A stretch of 64,000 nt of DNA from Cycas panzhihuaensis (GCA_023213395.1 CM041465.1:172801741-172865740), one strand, 5' to 3'; positions 11,901 through 26,713 are shown, numbered from the stretch's first letter. Notes: a model not told the origin generated them from the sequence alone. Numbers and translations: made by a program.

Positions 11901-14900
11901 TGGAATGTTGTAGTGTATTAGAGAAGATTTATTTCAAATAGACCTTCCTCCATGGCAAGACTATTGGTATCCTAGATTTCTGTTGTGATTGGTGTTGTAG
12001 TTTCTTTTGATTATTAGGAGCAATGAAAAATATTATAGCAATGATGGAAATGGTGGAAAAGAAATCATGTAACCAATCCTATAATATACCTTTTGGGAAG
12101 ACATACCTACAAGCCCTAAGAAATAAGGAAATATAAACTTTTAATATAAACCCCATCTTTCAGGAAGAGCTGATAAAAATACCCATACCAAAGAGGTTGT
12201 CTGAATGCACTGAAAAATATTGGGAGCATAGCTTGGTAGGGAGATTGTCTGGGCTAAGACCAGGACTAGACCCTATAAGGAAATGGGTAGCAAATAAGTG
12301 GAAGCTCAAGAGCCTTATGGAGGTCATGGCTCTTCCTAAAGGCTATATTCTCTCTAAATTTTTGAACTAGGAGGACTTGGTAAATATTTTACTAAAATTC
12401 CCCTAGATTATGGGTAGGAAAGCTATATTCCTAAAAAAGTGGCACCCAAACTTTGATATGTTTGTATCTTCTATAAAGCAAGTCCTGTTATGGGTGTAAC
12501 TACCAGGGTTTCTACTTCAAGTTTAGGATACAAATACGATAAAAAGGGTGGAAAAAGCCATAAGACCCTTATTGGCTATTGATTTAGCCATGAAGAATAG
12601 AAGTAAGCAAATAAATGCAAGATTTTGCATGCTGGCCATATTGGATAGAGCTCTACCAGAGCAGGTGAGGATAGAGGCTGAGAAATGGAGTAAGGACCAA
12701 AGCGTAATTTATAAGTATGAGAATGTTAGGTGTACAACTTATAAGTGGTATGGCCATGGTTCCCAAAAGTGCCTTGGGATGATGATAAAGGAAGGGGAAG
12801 GGATTCCAAAAGAGACCAAGGATACCAACAGGCAAGCTTGAACATTTGGGGAATTAAAGGAGCTAGGGGAGGCCACAGGGGATTTTAATTTAGACTCGGA
12901 GGGCACCCTTTTTAAGGAAGGGAAGGAGTATATAATGGAAAAGAAAGGGATAAAGGACACTTAAGTTCAGAATCAAATTCAAGAGAGTGTAGAAGGGGAG
13001 GGAGAAAGCTTAGATCCTATTGAGGAGAGGGAGGGGTATTAACCACAAGTAGAGGCCTTATCCTCAACAAGATATAAGGGGTAGGGAAGCATTGAGAGGG
13101 TCTAGAAGAGAAGGGAGAAGGAGCCCTAGGAAGATCTAAAGGAATCAAGTTAGGGTAGAGGCCTAGACTTGGGGAATGAAAAAAGGATTAGAAGACCTAC
13201 TCTGAAGATGGTTAGAGAAAGGGAGGCAACTTCTTAGATTGATCAGGGTAGCCAACGTACCCTCAAGGAGGGAGGGGGTCATGGCCTAAGACTAAGAAAC
13301 AAAAGATGATGGGGTGCTCTAAGGGGTGGAGGTGAGGAGTAAGATAAAGATCGCCTCTTAGAATACTCAGGGTATAAATGCTACATCAAAGTAGAGAATT
13401 GTGAAAGACCTTCAGTTGAATTTAAACCTGGACTTAATTCTGCTTTAGGAAACGAAGCTGCGAGTGGATAACATGGATGTGGTTAAGAATAAGATTTGGA
13501 GGGGGATAGAGATGGTATCCAAGGATGGCCGTTAGGGTTTAGGTGGGTTATCCATTCTCTAGAATCTGAAGGAGTGGGTGGGGGAAGTTTGTGTTATGGA
13601 GGATAATTTTATCTTCTTGTGGGTAACTTATAGAAAGTCAAATCTTTGGAGGTTGATTACTAATATTTATGCCCCCTTAACTCAAGAATGGAGGAAATCT
13701 CTCTAGGATAAGATCCTATAGTGTCATAGAGACTAGAGGGGTCCCTGGCTGATTACGAGTAATTTTAATACTACCCTGACCCTTAAAGAAAAACAATAGG
13801 GGTCGAGAGGGGTGGATGACAAGTATGATAGACGCAAGAGGCTTTCTCTAAAAAGGAGGTTTAATGGATGTCTATATTAAAGGGCCCAAGTACACATGGT
13901 CAAATAGGAGACTAGGAAAATATCACATTCAAGTAAGGCTGGATAGAGTGTTGATAACTATGCACGGGCTAGTTATCATAATGATGTAAGGCTAGAAGCC
14001 CTACCCAAGATGGCTTTAGATCACTCTCCTTTGCTGTTAGAGTTTGATGACAACAAGAAGAATTAGGTTACTCCCTTCCATTTTGAGTTAATATGGAAAA
14101 AGCATCTAGGGCTTACAGACTTGATAGCTGAGTGGTGGCAGACATCGGTAGAGGGGTGTGCTATGCATAGGTTTTTAAAGAAGTTGAACTAGGTGAAAAG
14201 ATAGGTTAAAGATTGGAACAAGAAAATCCATCAGAATATTTTCAAAGTAAAAGACCAAATAGTTGGGAAGTTGAAAGACATGGAGATGAAAATTTAAGAG
14301 GAAGGGAGATCTCGGACCCTAAACTAGTATGAGAGAGGTCTCTTAAGGAATTTGGAGGAAGTTTTGATCAAGGAAGAGATCCACGAGTAGTAGAAATCGA
14401 GGGCTCTATGGTTGAAGGAAGGTGATAGGAATACAAAGTTCTTCCACTTGACGATGTTAAAACATAGATCTGCAATTGTATCAACATCCTTTTAAATAGA
14501 GAAGAAGAGGAAATTTTTAGAGAGGGAGAAATAAAAAATGTTACAGTGGAATATTTTAAGGACATGTTTATAAGCCTAGTTCTCAAGATGATATAACTAG
14601 GGGAGAGCTTATGAATCTGATCCCTAGTCTGGTATATGAGGAGCAAAATAGGGCCCTAAGTTCCCCATCCTCCTTGGAAGAAGTTAAGAAGGCAATCTTT
14701 GGAATGAAGAAAGATAAAGTACTAGGTTTGGATGGTTTCCCCCTAGGATCCTTTCAGGAATAGTAGGACATTATTAAAGAAGATTGAATGAAGGCATTGG
14801 GAGAGTTTCATGAGAATAAAAGAATTCATAGGGAGTGGCAAGCCACTTTTATTATTTTAATTTTAAAGAAGGAAGGGGCGAAGCAGATTGAGGATTTTAG

Positions 14901-16192
14901 ACTTATTAGCCTCTACAATGTTAAATACAAAATTCTGGCTAAGGTATTGGAAAACAGGTTAAAAAGGATCCTTCCATTGATCATCTCTTTTAATCAAAAT
15001 GGATTTGTCAAGGGGAGGTAGATCCTAGATGGCATTATTATCATTCATGAGATGATTCATTCAACTTACCAAAGGAAGGATCTAGGGATGATCATTAAGA
15101 TTGACCTCTTCAAAGCCTATGATAGGGTGTCTTGGAATTACCTTCTAGAATGCATTCAATGGTTTAGCTTTAGAGACTTATAGAAGGAATAGGTGGAAAG
15201 CTACATTTTGAAGCCCAGATTCTTGGTCATAATCAATGGTACCTCAACTACGTTTTTCCCTAGATACATAGGTCTATGTTAAGGGGACCCCTTATCCCCT
15301 TATCTATTTATAATCATGGTGAAGCTTCTAGGGAAGGAGATGGAAGAGGCTAGGAGGAAGGGAAAGGTTAAATGAATTAAGCCTACCTTAAGCATTGACA
15401 ATATTATCTACCATCAGTTTGTGGATGGTAATATTTTATTAGCAAAGGTAGTCCTTAGAGAGGCCCATGCCTTTAATGAAGAGCTTAAGAATTTTGAGTG
15501 AGTTACAAACCTGAAGATAAACCTGAATAAGAACAGTGTCTTCTTTATGAATACAAAAGATATAACCTAAAGGAGGATTAATAGAATCTTGGAAATGCCC
15601 ACCTAAAAGTTTTCTACTATTTATTTAAGGATGTCTCTTTGTATAGGTAAGATGTCAAAGGATCTATGGAATTATATCATAGATCAGATGTAGAGAAAAC
15701 TTGCTGGGTGGAAGGGTTCTTTGTTAAGGCAGGCGAGAAAGGTCTAATTATTATCTACCTCTCTTCAGAGTATATCAGTACATATGATGTCAATTGTTAG
15801 GATTCTAGTGAGAGTTATTTCCATCTTGGAAGCCATCCAAAAAAGATTCTTATGGTCTTGTGTTGAGGAAAGGGAAAGAAATTACCTAGTGGCTTGGGAG
15901 AAGGTCTGCCTACCCAAGTGGGCTAAAGGGTTGAACATCTAGAGCATGGCTTCTTTTAACAAGGCCCTAGTAGCAAACTTAGAGTGGAGATTGACCAAGA
16001 ATAAAGGAGGTATATGGGAGAGAATTATAGCTCAAAAATACCTTCAAGGGAAGTAATCCTTAAAAGATAATATCATGGTATTATTTGGATCTATAATTTG
16101 GAGAATCATTCTTCAAGTGAGAAAGATGCTTATATCAGGAGTGCAATGGAAGTTGGGGGATGGAGCTTTCATAAAATTTTGGAAAGACATTT

Positions 16193-16548
16193 TGTTTGGG
16201 AATATAAAATCATACACAAATGTTCCCATCTACAGGATCTTTAACCATACACAATAAGCAAACAAGAGTACACACAGAAAATAGATGCATAGTACATAAG
16301 ATTTATGTGGGAAAACCCTTTTGGGAAAAAACCCATCACAAAAGGATCCTTGATGGATCACATTGATTATTGCATTATTGCTTGATACATTGAATACACA
16401 AGAGCTCAAGGCTTTTATACTATTCCAAGAGGTGTCACCTGATTAGGGTTGTGACCCTTCAAATAAGTTTCACCTTTTTGCTTAATCACCTTAGTTAAAC
16501 CACATTAATATAAACATAGTGGCTTAATAATTAACTACCACGTTAACA
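16193..16548 (-). repeat. 3' LTR of Copia-2
   Basis: Direct repeat of 22112-22467; adjacent to the PPT (ccccccctca on +). Confidence 0.95.
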
Positions 16549-19500
16549 CCCCCCCTCAATGTGAATGTGGGGAGCCTGCCAACTATAATAATTATGTTAT
16601 CATGAAGGCTAGGACTATCCTGTAACTTCTTTACCCTTGTTGATACACCCCCCCCAAGGATAACATTGGTGAGTCCTAGTCCAGTACACATCTTCATTAG
16701 TTAATCTTCAATGAGTGGCTTGGTGAATACGTCTGCAAGCTAGAATTCACTTAGATAATAGTCAACCTATAGCTTCCCAGACTTGATCTATTCATGAATA
16801 TCATAGTGCTGAATCTCTATATGCTCTGTATGTGCATGAAATTCTAGATTCCTCGATAGATGAATAAAACTATGATTATTTACAAAGATAATTAGATGCC
16901 CATTTGAAACTTCAAGAAACTTCAAGAGACCTTGTAACCATACTGCTTCCTTTGCATCAGTACTGAATCCTTGATATTCAATCTCTATAGAAGATAGTAC
17001 CACTATCTATTGCTTCTTTAAATGCCATGAAACAAATCTATTACGAATACTAAATAGGTATCTAGCAGTGGACTTTCAATCATCAAAGTATCCTCCCTAA
17101 TTAGCATTCATATAGCCATGCAACCTTATCTCTTCACCTCGATAGTATTTGAGAGCAAGATTGATTGTCCCCTTTAGATACTTCAAAATCTATTTTACTG
17201 CAACCAAATGAAGCTCCTGAGAATTCTACATATAGCAGGAAACTAATCCAACAGTGTATGTGATATTTGGCCTACTATGAGTTAAATAGATTAGACTCCC
17301 TACCAATTGGCAATGCTTTATGGCATTTATAAAGAGTTTGGACATATCCTTCTATAACTTTATGCCTTTTATATATGGTGTTGTAATTGGTTTATAATTC
17401 TACATTCTAAATTTCTCTAGTAAGTTCTTCACATATTGTGACTACAACAACATGATCTTATCATCCATTTGCCTGATCTGAATGCCCAAGAAGTAATGAA
17501 GTCTCCTGAGGTCTGTCATGTCAAATAAAGCTCTTAGATTAGATTTGACTTTAGAAATAGCCTTGCCATAGTTATTGCCGATAATTAAATCATCCATATA
17601 CATCATGCAAACAACTATTAAAGTTCCTTTTCTCTTCACATACAGGTTTGGGTTAAGTTTTGAAATCTCGAAACCTTCATCTTTCAACTTAGGATCTATC
17701 TTTTCATACCACGAATAGGGTGCTTATTTCAAGCTATAGATTGACTTCTTTAAATGGAAAACAATATGCTCCTAGCCATCCTTAACAAATCCTAGAGGTT
17801 GTGATACATATATCTCCTCCTTTAGATCTCCATTGAGGAACACTGACTTGAAGTCCATCTAGTGTAACTCCCAACCATAAGTAGCTACTAAGGAAATGAG
17901 AAATTAGATCATTATCATTCTCGAGATTGGTGTAAATATCTCCTCATAGTCAATTCCTTCTTTTTACTTGAATCTCAATACAATAAGTCTAGCCGTGTAC
18001 TTGTCCACCTCTCCATTAGTGTGGAACTTTGTCTTATAGACCCACTTGTATCCAACAAGGTTCTTCATTTGAGGGAGTGGAACTAAATCCCATGTATCAT
18101 TCTTCATCAGGGAACCATACTCCTCCTCCATCGCAACTCTGCAACGTGGATCTCCTTTCACCTCATCAAATGAATTAAGATTATTGGAGTTATTAGGATC
18201 TACTAGCAGAGTTCAATTGGCATATCAACTTCTTATTCTTTTATCATCAATTAGGGTTCACATTGCCACACTAGAATCTTTGATAGTCTCCCTTTCCCAT
18301 AAAGGTATAGAAGGACCTGTTACTGGAGGTACTTCTTCTCGTGGTGGCTCCTTACTATTATGCATCCCACTTGGTCCTACTTCCTCAAGTGTTTTAGCGA
18401 TTGGCTCATTGTCCTCTTTGCTTGTTGAATCTAGGAATGGGAGAAGTGGGGGATAAAAAGCTTTTTTGATGATCTTTCAGCATGATACATCCATGACTCA
18501 ACAAATTTTACATCCTGACTAACTACAATCTTCTTCCCCTATGGATCCCATAGTTTGTAGGCTTTATTCTCAGTGCAATACCCCATGAATATGCACTTCA
18601 AACTCTTCTGATCCAACTTCTTGCAAGTATCATCTGGGATGTGGGCATATGCAATACACCCAAAAGTTCTTAAATGGCTAATAATAGGCTTTTAACTAGT
18701 CCATTTATTTTTAGGAGTCATGTTGTGAACTAATTGAGTGGGTACCTAGTTTAAAATATAAACAACAATCGCCATAACTTCTGCCTAAAACTTCAGTGGC
18801 AGGTTTTTAACATGCACCATATACCTTGCCATCTCCATCATGGTATAGTTTTTCCTTTCAGTAACTCTATTTTGTTGTAGGGTATATAGGACCATTAATT
18901 CTTATTTTATACCATGATCACAGAAGAACTGATTGAACACATGGTTGTCATATTCTTTGCCATTATTACTTCTTAAAGAATTTATCTTCTTATCACATTT
19001 ATTTTCCACCATCGCTTTCTAATCACGGAAGCGATCAAACACATCTGACTTATTCTTAAGAAAGTAGACCCTGGCCTTCCTAGTGTAATCATCCACAAGT
19101 ACAAGGGTATACCAAGCTCCTGATATTGAAGGGTTAGGGAGTGATCCCATTATATCTGAGTGTACAAGCTCAAGCTTCTCCTTGGTTCTCTAGGCATTAT
19201 CTCGAGCAAAAGGGTAGCAGTGATGCTTGCCATAGATATACCCTTCTTAAATACCATATGAGCAGGAAACCGATGGCAATCCTTCCACCATCTTCAACCT
19301 CTTTAGTAATACAATGCTCCTGTAATTAAGATATCCAAGGTGATTGTGCCATAGTTTATTCACTTCATCTGCACTGGCAACAAAGGCATATGACTTCTTC
19401 TGAGATTAAAATTTTTTAAACACCCAGAAGTTATCCCTAACTTTCCCAGTAGTAATGATAGTAAAGTTATACTTTAGATTCTTAATCAAGTATTTATAAT

Positions 19501-22111
19501 CATAGAGCTCTACCTTGAAGCCCTGTTTGCAGATTTCCTGGGTTGAAAGAAGGTTTAACTACATCTGGTTACATAGCATACGCTGATAAACTTACCTCTT
19601 GCATGGATACTTTGTCGATACCTTCCACTGGTAAGACGCAAGCATCTCTAAGGATAATTTCAACACCACTTTGATTTTTTGTCATTGTATCAAAGTTTTA
19701 CATCTGGTAAGAGATATGCTTCTATGCTCCAGAGTAATCTCTTTGATCTGACTCAGTTGATAAGGTTTATGCTTTGATATAATGAGCAATAATACTCTTC
19801 CCTTTATTATCTTGGTTAACTTTGTGCTTGTCACAACACTTGAACCAATAGTTCTTTTTGTGGTGACCATCCTTCTTGTAGTAATTGCATTTTCAATTAA
19901 ACTTTTTCTTATCTTATGAACTTTCTCCTGATCTCTATATGATCTTCTCCTCCTTAGTAGCCTCCTTCCTCTGAGTTTTCATGGCTAGGGCCTGACTTGA
20001 ATCAAAACCTCCAAGCATTCCATGATGTTTAAGCTTGGAATCCTCCACTAGAATTAGGTTTTTAAGCTCGTTAAATATTTCTGCTTCTATCACTTTGTCT
20101 ATACCATAAATGGTTTGGAAAGTAACAAACGTAGCTGACAGCTTTGACATGATTATTGCAAATAATAACGTATCATCAACTGAGTTCTGCTTAAGTTCTT
20201 CTAACTTATTCTTCAAGTCTATTATTTTATTAAAGTAGGAGTTGATGTTATTATTATCTTCCACATCTAAATTGACCAACTCCAACATTAGGACAAGATG
20301 TCTATTTATCTTCTTCTTTTTAAATGTTTTACACAACTTCATCTAAATTTTGTCTAGTTTGTCTAGATTGTAAACCAAAGCTCTCTGGTCCAGCATCATG
20401 ATAGTTTCAATAGTCCCATGGCCATAAATTTCTTCTCTTTGAGATGAACACACTCTTTATGGTCTAGTGGAATCACGCCCACCTTCGTCTTAGTGATATC
20501 CCATAGTTGATTCACCATCAAAATTAGCTCCATATTAGTCTTCCACTTGCTAAAATTATTACTGTTGAAGATAACCTTAGGTATAATGTGCTCTATCTAG
20601 AGAAATATACTTCAATATGAGTTAAACAACACTAAAACAAATATCTTTAGGACAAAAATGCACCCTTATGTCCTCCTTTAACTCAATGGTGCACAGTGGA
20701 GGGTGCCAAACACTGACTATACATGCGTTGAGTGAGTCACTGATTGTTTTCCTTTACAAATAGCCAACAAATGCCTTTGAATACCCTTAGAAAAGTAAAA
20801 AAAATGATCCTTAAGGCACTTAAAATGGTGCTCCAAGTACAAAGGATGGCTCCACAAGGTAAAAATACACGATCTCTAAGTCAAAACATTGAAAATTATT
20901 CTCGATTCATGCTTAAAATAGTTCACAAGGGCACAAATACAATATATTATGATAAAATATGATGAACCAATGGTATAAGGGTCCTTTTATAATGTTATAT
21001 TATAAGGAGAATATGCCAAAGGGTATATTCCAAAGTTTACGACTTTTTATTAAAGATCTGCCTCTCTTCAGTTAACGTACATGTCAAAAATTAATAAAGA
21101 TGTGCCAAATATATTAAAGATATACTAAGGTCTCCATTAAGGGTAATATATATCTTATAATATCTCAAAAAACTCTTCTACTTCATTCTTTATAATATGC
21201 AGCAATCATATAGGGATGAGACAACTGTGGACGTGCACCTCTTTAAATGGACTAGATGTAGGTCTCCACACATAGAACAACTAGCAAGCAGCCCAAATAA
21301 GAGTAAACGCACTCCAAGAATGCTCGATTAATGTAAAAAGTACCTAACCAACATAAACTAGTGTCCAACCAATCTAAATAGCACCCAGTCAATATAAATT
21401 CAGCCTAACCATCATTTAAGGGAGCCAAAACTACCTCTACATGGGCCAACTAACTTTCAAACATGCTTAGACATGTAAATAAGTACCTGGCCAACCTCTA
21501 TATGGTTGTTCTAGGCTCTATTTATGCACATGGGTCTCTAATACTCTAAAAAATACATAGACATTTAATAAAACACCCTTCTACTGCTGTAAATTTCAAT
21601 CCAACACTTATAGTCAGACATAAAACTGTTAATACTAGCTTCAATCATGTCCATAGGTGCTACACAAAGGTTTGGCAATAAGCAGTACATAAAAATAGCC
21701 TTGTTTTATCAAAATTTTTGATATTTTAATAGGAAGTATAAAGGACTTACTTGTACACAGACGTGGCTATCCTTAAAGTCACCGAATTACCATCAGTACG
21801 TGCTCTGCTAGCTTAAATCTTTACAACAAATCTTTAATCAACTTCGGATGGCCCCTAACGAGGTAACTCATACCATAAACGCAGTCTTCATGCCTAATTA
21901 TTAACTCTAATAAACCCTTATTCTCCATTGAATAGTTATTTTCACTGCTTCAACCACTACTGATTCACTTGTACTTGCTTCTGCATGTTGCTAGAGTTGA
22001 TGGACCCTTAAGACAAGTTTGGGTTTGACAGCTTCACCCGGCAACCAATGATCTCACTGCTTCGCTCAATGTCAGGCTTCAACTATGTAGGAACCTATGA
22101 CTCTGATACCA

Positions 22112-22467
22112 TATTTGGGAACATGAAATTATACACTAATGTCCCCATTTATAGAATCTTTAACCATACATAGTAAGCAAATAAGAGTACACACAGAAAA
22201 TAGATGCAAAGTACACCAGATTTACGTGGGAAAACCCTTTTGGAAAAAAACCCACCACAAAAGGATCCTTGATGGATTACATTGATTATTGTACAATTGC
22301 TTGATACATTGAATACACAAGGGCTCAAGACTTTTATACTCTTCTAAGAGGTGTCACCTGATTAGGATTATGACCCTCTAAATAAGTCACACTTTTTTGG
22401 TTAATCACCTTAGTTAAACTATATTAACATTAATATAGTGGCTTAACAATTAATTGCCATGTTAACA
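22112..22467 (-). repeat. 5' LTR of Copia-2
   Basis: Direct repeat of 16193-16548; abuts the tRNA-iMet PBS (ctctgatacca on +). Confidence 0.95.
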
Positions 22468-25400
22468 CATTTGGTACAATCATACTCAGTTGAATAGAAG
22501 ACCTGATTTAAGCCCCATTTAAGATATATATGAAAGAACCTATGGTTTTAAGGTAAAGGATTACTGGGAGATTTGAGATTAGAATAGGAGTTAGAGATCA
22601 TTTTAGGAGTTTCTTAGAGATCAAGGAATGAGGGACCAAGTTGAAGCCCTAAAAAAAGAGTTAACACATTGCTATATTCTAAAAAGACTTGAGGTAGATT
22701 CTTTGGTTTGGCCTTTATCCCCATTGGGTGAGTAATCAGTGAAACATGGGTACCTTTTCTTATGCCAAGAAAAGGGGGCCCTTAAGAACTCGATGTTGGA
22801 AGGGGTGTGGAGATTAGGCCTGATCCCCAAAGTTATAGTCTTCTGGTGGTTGTTCTTAAAGAACAAAATCTTAACATTGGATAATCTAAGCAAGAGGGGT
22901 TATAAGTTGGCTAATATATATGCCTTATGTCAGGAAGTAGAGGAATTAAATGACCATATTCTTTTACATTGCTCATTTGCTAAAAAGGTTTGGAAGCTCA
23001 TTTGGGCCTAATTCAGGGTTGAGTGGGTGGCCCCTAGGACTATAGAGGAGTAAACGCTAGCATGGAAGATCCCCTTTAGATGTAGGACTCTGGGATACCT
23101 GTGGCTAATCTCCCTACCCATGGTGATGTGGGATTTGTGGAAGGAAAGGAATAGAAGAATTTTTCAAGATAAGCAGATGGATGAAGTTAAAATCTATGGA
23201 TTTATCTACACCGTGTTGGGAGAGATAGTAGAGGTTAAAGATAAGAAATTCATTCCAAAATTAGAGGAATCTATCTTAAAGAATTAGGGGATTAAGAGGC
23301 CTAATACCATCTTGGGTTCAAAAAGGAAATATAATTGCCCCCCCCACCCTCCTAAAAGTTAGGTTAAAATTAATTTTGATGGGGTAGCTAAAGGTAACCT
23401 TGGAGAAGCAGGTTGGGGGCAGGGGGTATTTATAGAAATTTGAAAGGGGAAACTGTTTGGGCCTTTACTAAATATTACATATGCCAAACAAACCATAGAA
23501 TGGAGTTGGCAGTTATATAGAGGACAACATATATGGTTTCAAAGGAAGACTATGACAGAGTGATTTTACAAAGGAATTTTCTAAATATGATAAAGATGGT
23601 CAAAGGTAAGTCAGATCCTGATTAGAAAGTTACAACTATGATTATAGATACCTAAGAGACTCTAAAGAGTATAGACAATCTCTAGGTATGGCACATGTAT
23701 AGAGAAGGAAATAGGGTAGTAGATAAATTGGCTAACTGGGGAGTATTCCATAAAAGAAACGAGATTTGGAAAGAGGAAATACTAGAAGAGATTATAAGCT
23801 TGGTTAAGGAAGACATGGAAGCCATTTCTTAGGTAGGGTTTTAGAGCTAACCACTAAGCTTGTCATGGCAAGGAGATTAGATAGGGATTATAGGTAAGAG
23901 TTTAGCTAAGTCGTGGGCTTTCATTGTAGTTGTAGTTAGCTGAAAACTTTTGTAATAGGGTTAGGGCCCTTTTAAAACCCCTTTATTATTTAACCAAATA
24001 AAAAAAAAGATTGTGGAAAAAATTTACAAAATTAGGAATAAGGATAATGTCATCACTGAAGGGAGAGAAAATAATGGGTTATATGAGTTAATCCATATAC
24101 TTAAGCATGGGCTTATCACTGAGAAAATAATCTTTTGTGGTGTGACTAATAGGGTTATCTCAATTATTTTGACTTCGCATTATATAGAGAATTAAACATG
24201 GTAATTGGACTTTTATAAGTGCAAAAGGATGATGGGATTTATAAAGCTTTTGCACTTAGCAAACAATATAGAGAAAAAATTATGAAGAATCAATTGAGAA
24301 TAAAGGAAAAGATAGAGTTAGTCTAAGTGACTTATGTGGACCATTTTTCATAGAATCCTTTGGTAGCACTTATCACTTCATGACCTTCACTAGTGACTTT
24401 ACTATGAAAATATAGATATATTTCCTAAAGTACAAGTCTTAAGCTTTTTATACCTTCAAATAATTCAAGGCTAAACAAAGATACTTCTCAGGATTAAAGA
24501 TTAAAACCTTAAGAAGTTATAGTAGTGGGAAGTATAAGTTCAAAGGGTTTATATAGTTTTATAATAAGGCAAATATCAAGAGATAATTCACTATTATTTA
24601 TACACCGTAACATAATAAATTGTAGAAACAAAAATTATAAGTATAGTAGAGATGCCCAATGCATAATAAAGTCCAAATACCTATTTCTTGGTTATTAGGG
24701 TGAAGTGGTCACCACTATAGTGTACTTGTTAAATAAAATTCCCTCCAAATCAATTAGGGACATGACATTTGAGAAATCTTGGACTAAATGGAAATTATTT
24801 ATGAGTCACCTTCATATTTTTAGAAGCACTGCCTATGCCCATATTCCAATATAAATAAGGAAGAAGCTAGATGATAAAAGTAGAAAATATATACTTATGG
24901 ATTATGAAGATAATTCCAAAGCCTATAAAACATTTGATCCCTCAAATAGAGAGATTATAATTAGCAAGGATGTTATATTTTATAAACATGATCATAAAAA
25001 TGATAAAGTTGAAGTTAAGGACAAAATTATAAGTCCGAGTATAGGTATAAATATTGATATACCTGAGTCATATTCTAGAGGATAAAATGTAGGTGCATAG
25101 ACTTTAAGGCCTCCAAGCCCATCACTTGTTAAATTGTTATAAGTGTCTTCATGCAAATCACTTAAGTGGTATAAACAAACTAATAAAGACTTATTAATTA
25201 GAGATATAAATATTAATGAAGGGGTGAAGACTGGGTGCAAAAGCGACAAGAGTCTTGCTTTACCTTTATATCTAATGTGTCGAGCCTAGAAGAGCCAATT
25301 TTCTTTAAGGAAGCAAAGGACAAAGTTAAATGGTAGAATGATATGGATGAGGAGTATAATGTAGTTGTGAAAAATAACACATAGAACTTAATCAAACTTC

Positions 25401-26385
25401 CTATTAATAAAAAACTAATTAGTTACAGATGGGTGTACAAAATTAATTTTTATCTAAATATAAAGCTAAACTTGTCGCAAAATAGTATGCTCAAGTATAA
25501 GGGATAGACTTCAAGAAGATCTTTGCTCCAATAGTAAAGATGACTACAATTAGATTATTAGTTAGCACATCAACTTTGTTTGATTAAAAAGTATATGGAA
25601 TGAATGTAAAAAGTGCCTTCTTAAATGACAATCTAAAAGATGAAGTCTACATTAAGCAATCATAAGGATTTGAGCAAGTTGAGAATAAACACTTGGTCTA
25701 CATTTCAAAAAGACCTTATATGGCTTAAAGTAAGCACTAAGAATTTGGTATATTCAGATTAATGATTGTTTTTTAACCTAGAGATGTATTAGTTGTGACT
25801 CTGACCACAACTTACGTGTGAAAATGGATAAAGGACATAAACTCATTATTGTCACATATATAGATAATTTGATCATCATAGGTAATAACACCAATTATAT
25901 TACAAGGTAACAATCAAAAGCCTTTGAGATGATAAATTTAGGGCTTTTATGCTACTATCTTAGGATTGAGATATGGCTGAAGCGAGGCAACATGTTCATG
26001 TCACATTCCAACTAAGCATAAGTATCATTGCCTTTTATAGAGACAAAGTATAAGGCAATAATTATGACTATATATGAGGCAATTCAACTAAGGAGGATAC
26101 TTAGCCATATTTACTTTTTTCAAGAGAATATCATAGTTTTATTTAGCGACAATTAGAGTATTATTCATCTCTCAAAGAACCTAGTATTCATGCCAAAAGT
26201 GAATATATTAAGATCCACTATCATTTCATTTGGGTGTAGGTATAAAACGAGATAATGTAGTTAGTGCATTATTTAACTAATGACCAAATTGTAGGCATGC
26301 TAATATAAACATTAAGTAGATACATATTTGAAAAGTTTAAAGAAATTCTGGGTGTTAGAGATACTAGAGTAAACATTATGGGGGG

Positions 26386-26713
26386 TGTTAGGAATACTGT
26401 TTACTTTAAATATTTAGTATTTAGTGAAGTGTATTTTCTCACATATGTATGGGGATGTAACTCCTATTCTTAGGTTTTAAGCTTCCAAGTACTTATAACT
26501 CCCTCATATTTTGGTAATTTCTCTTTATAACCATCAATATAGCTCATGCATAAATTTATATCATAGCTACTTATATTAGTTAATGAGAATTGAGAGTTCA
26601 TTGAGAATTTGTTAATATATGTGTACTTTATAATTGATGTGATTATGTCTTTATGTGTCATTATTTTGTTGAAATCATGATAACTTATGTACCTTTTATT
26701 CAAATTTCTAATA
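26386..26713 (+). repeat. 3' LTR of Copia-1
   Basis: Follows the PPT; homologous to 8586-8918. Confidence 0.9.

Larger units (their letters stand above)
16193..22467 (-). mobile_element. Copia-2: full-length Ty1/Copia element nested in the L1
   Basis: 356-bp LTRs 16193-16548 and 22112-22467 (about 43 mismatches by hand, ~88% identity). Perfect TSD cattt; removal restores LINE 'WKDIWY'. PBS tggtatcagag at 22111-22101; PPT at 16549-16558. gag/INT/RT/RH ORF pieces at 19935, 17964, 17442 and 16788. Confidence 0.96.
11374..24008 (+). mobile_element. Near full-length L1 LINE (ORF1 DUF4283/zinc knuckle; ORF2 EN-RT-zf-RVT-RNaseH) inserted in Copia-1 and itself interrupted by Copia-2
   Basis: ORF1 'WEHSLVGRL..IRKWVANKWK' (~12220) and 'YKYENVRCTTYKWYGH' (~12710). 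Endonuclease 'ETKL', 'NIYAP', 'YTWSNRR', 'RLDRV', 'DHSPLL' (13340-14040); RT 14700-15900; RNase H 23350-23830. A-tail 23996-24008. Probable TSD aaaaatattgt (11363-11373) / aaaaagattgt (24004-24014); Copia-1 reading resumes after it. Confidence 0.92.
8586..26713 (+). mobile_element. Copia-1: old full-length Ty1/Copia element interrupted by an L1 LINE
   Basis: Paired LTRs 8586-8918 and 26386-26713; decayed PBS tggtatttgag at 8919; PPT atgggggg before 26386; TSD gccaa/gttaa (two C>T differences). gag 'NYVSWKFK' ~10230, protease ~11115, integrase/RT/RNase H remnants 24100-26370. Confidence 0.9.

Noticed and set aside
22101-22111. tRNA gene at TGGTATCAGAG-like motifs (also 8919, 30408, 38058, 55682, 63977)
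   Set aside because: Only 11-12-nt primer-binding complements next to LTR ends; no cloverleaf.
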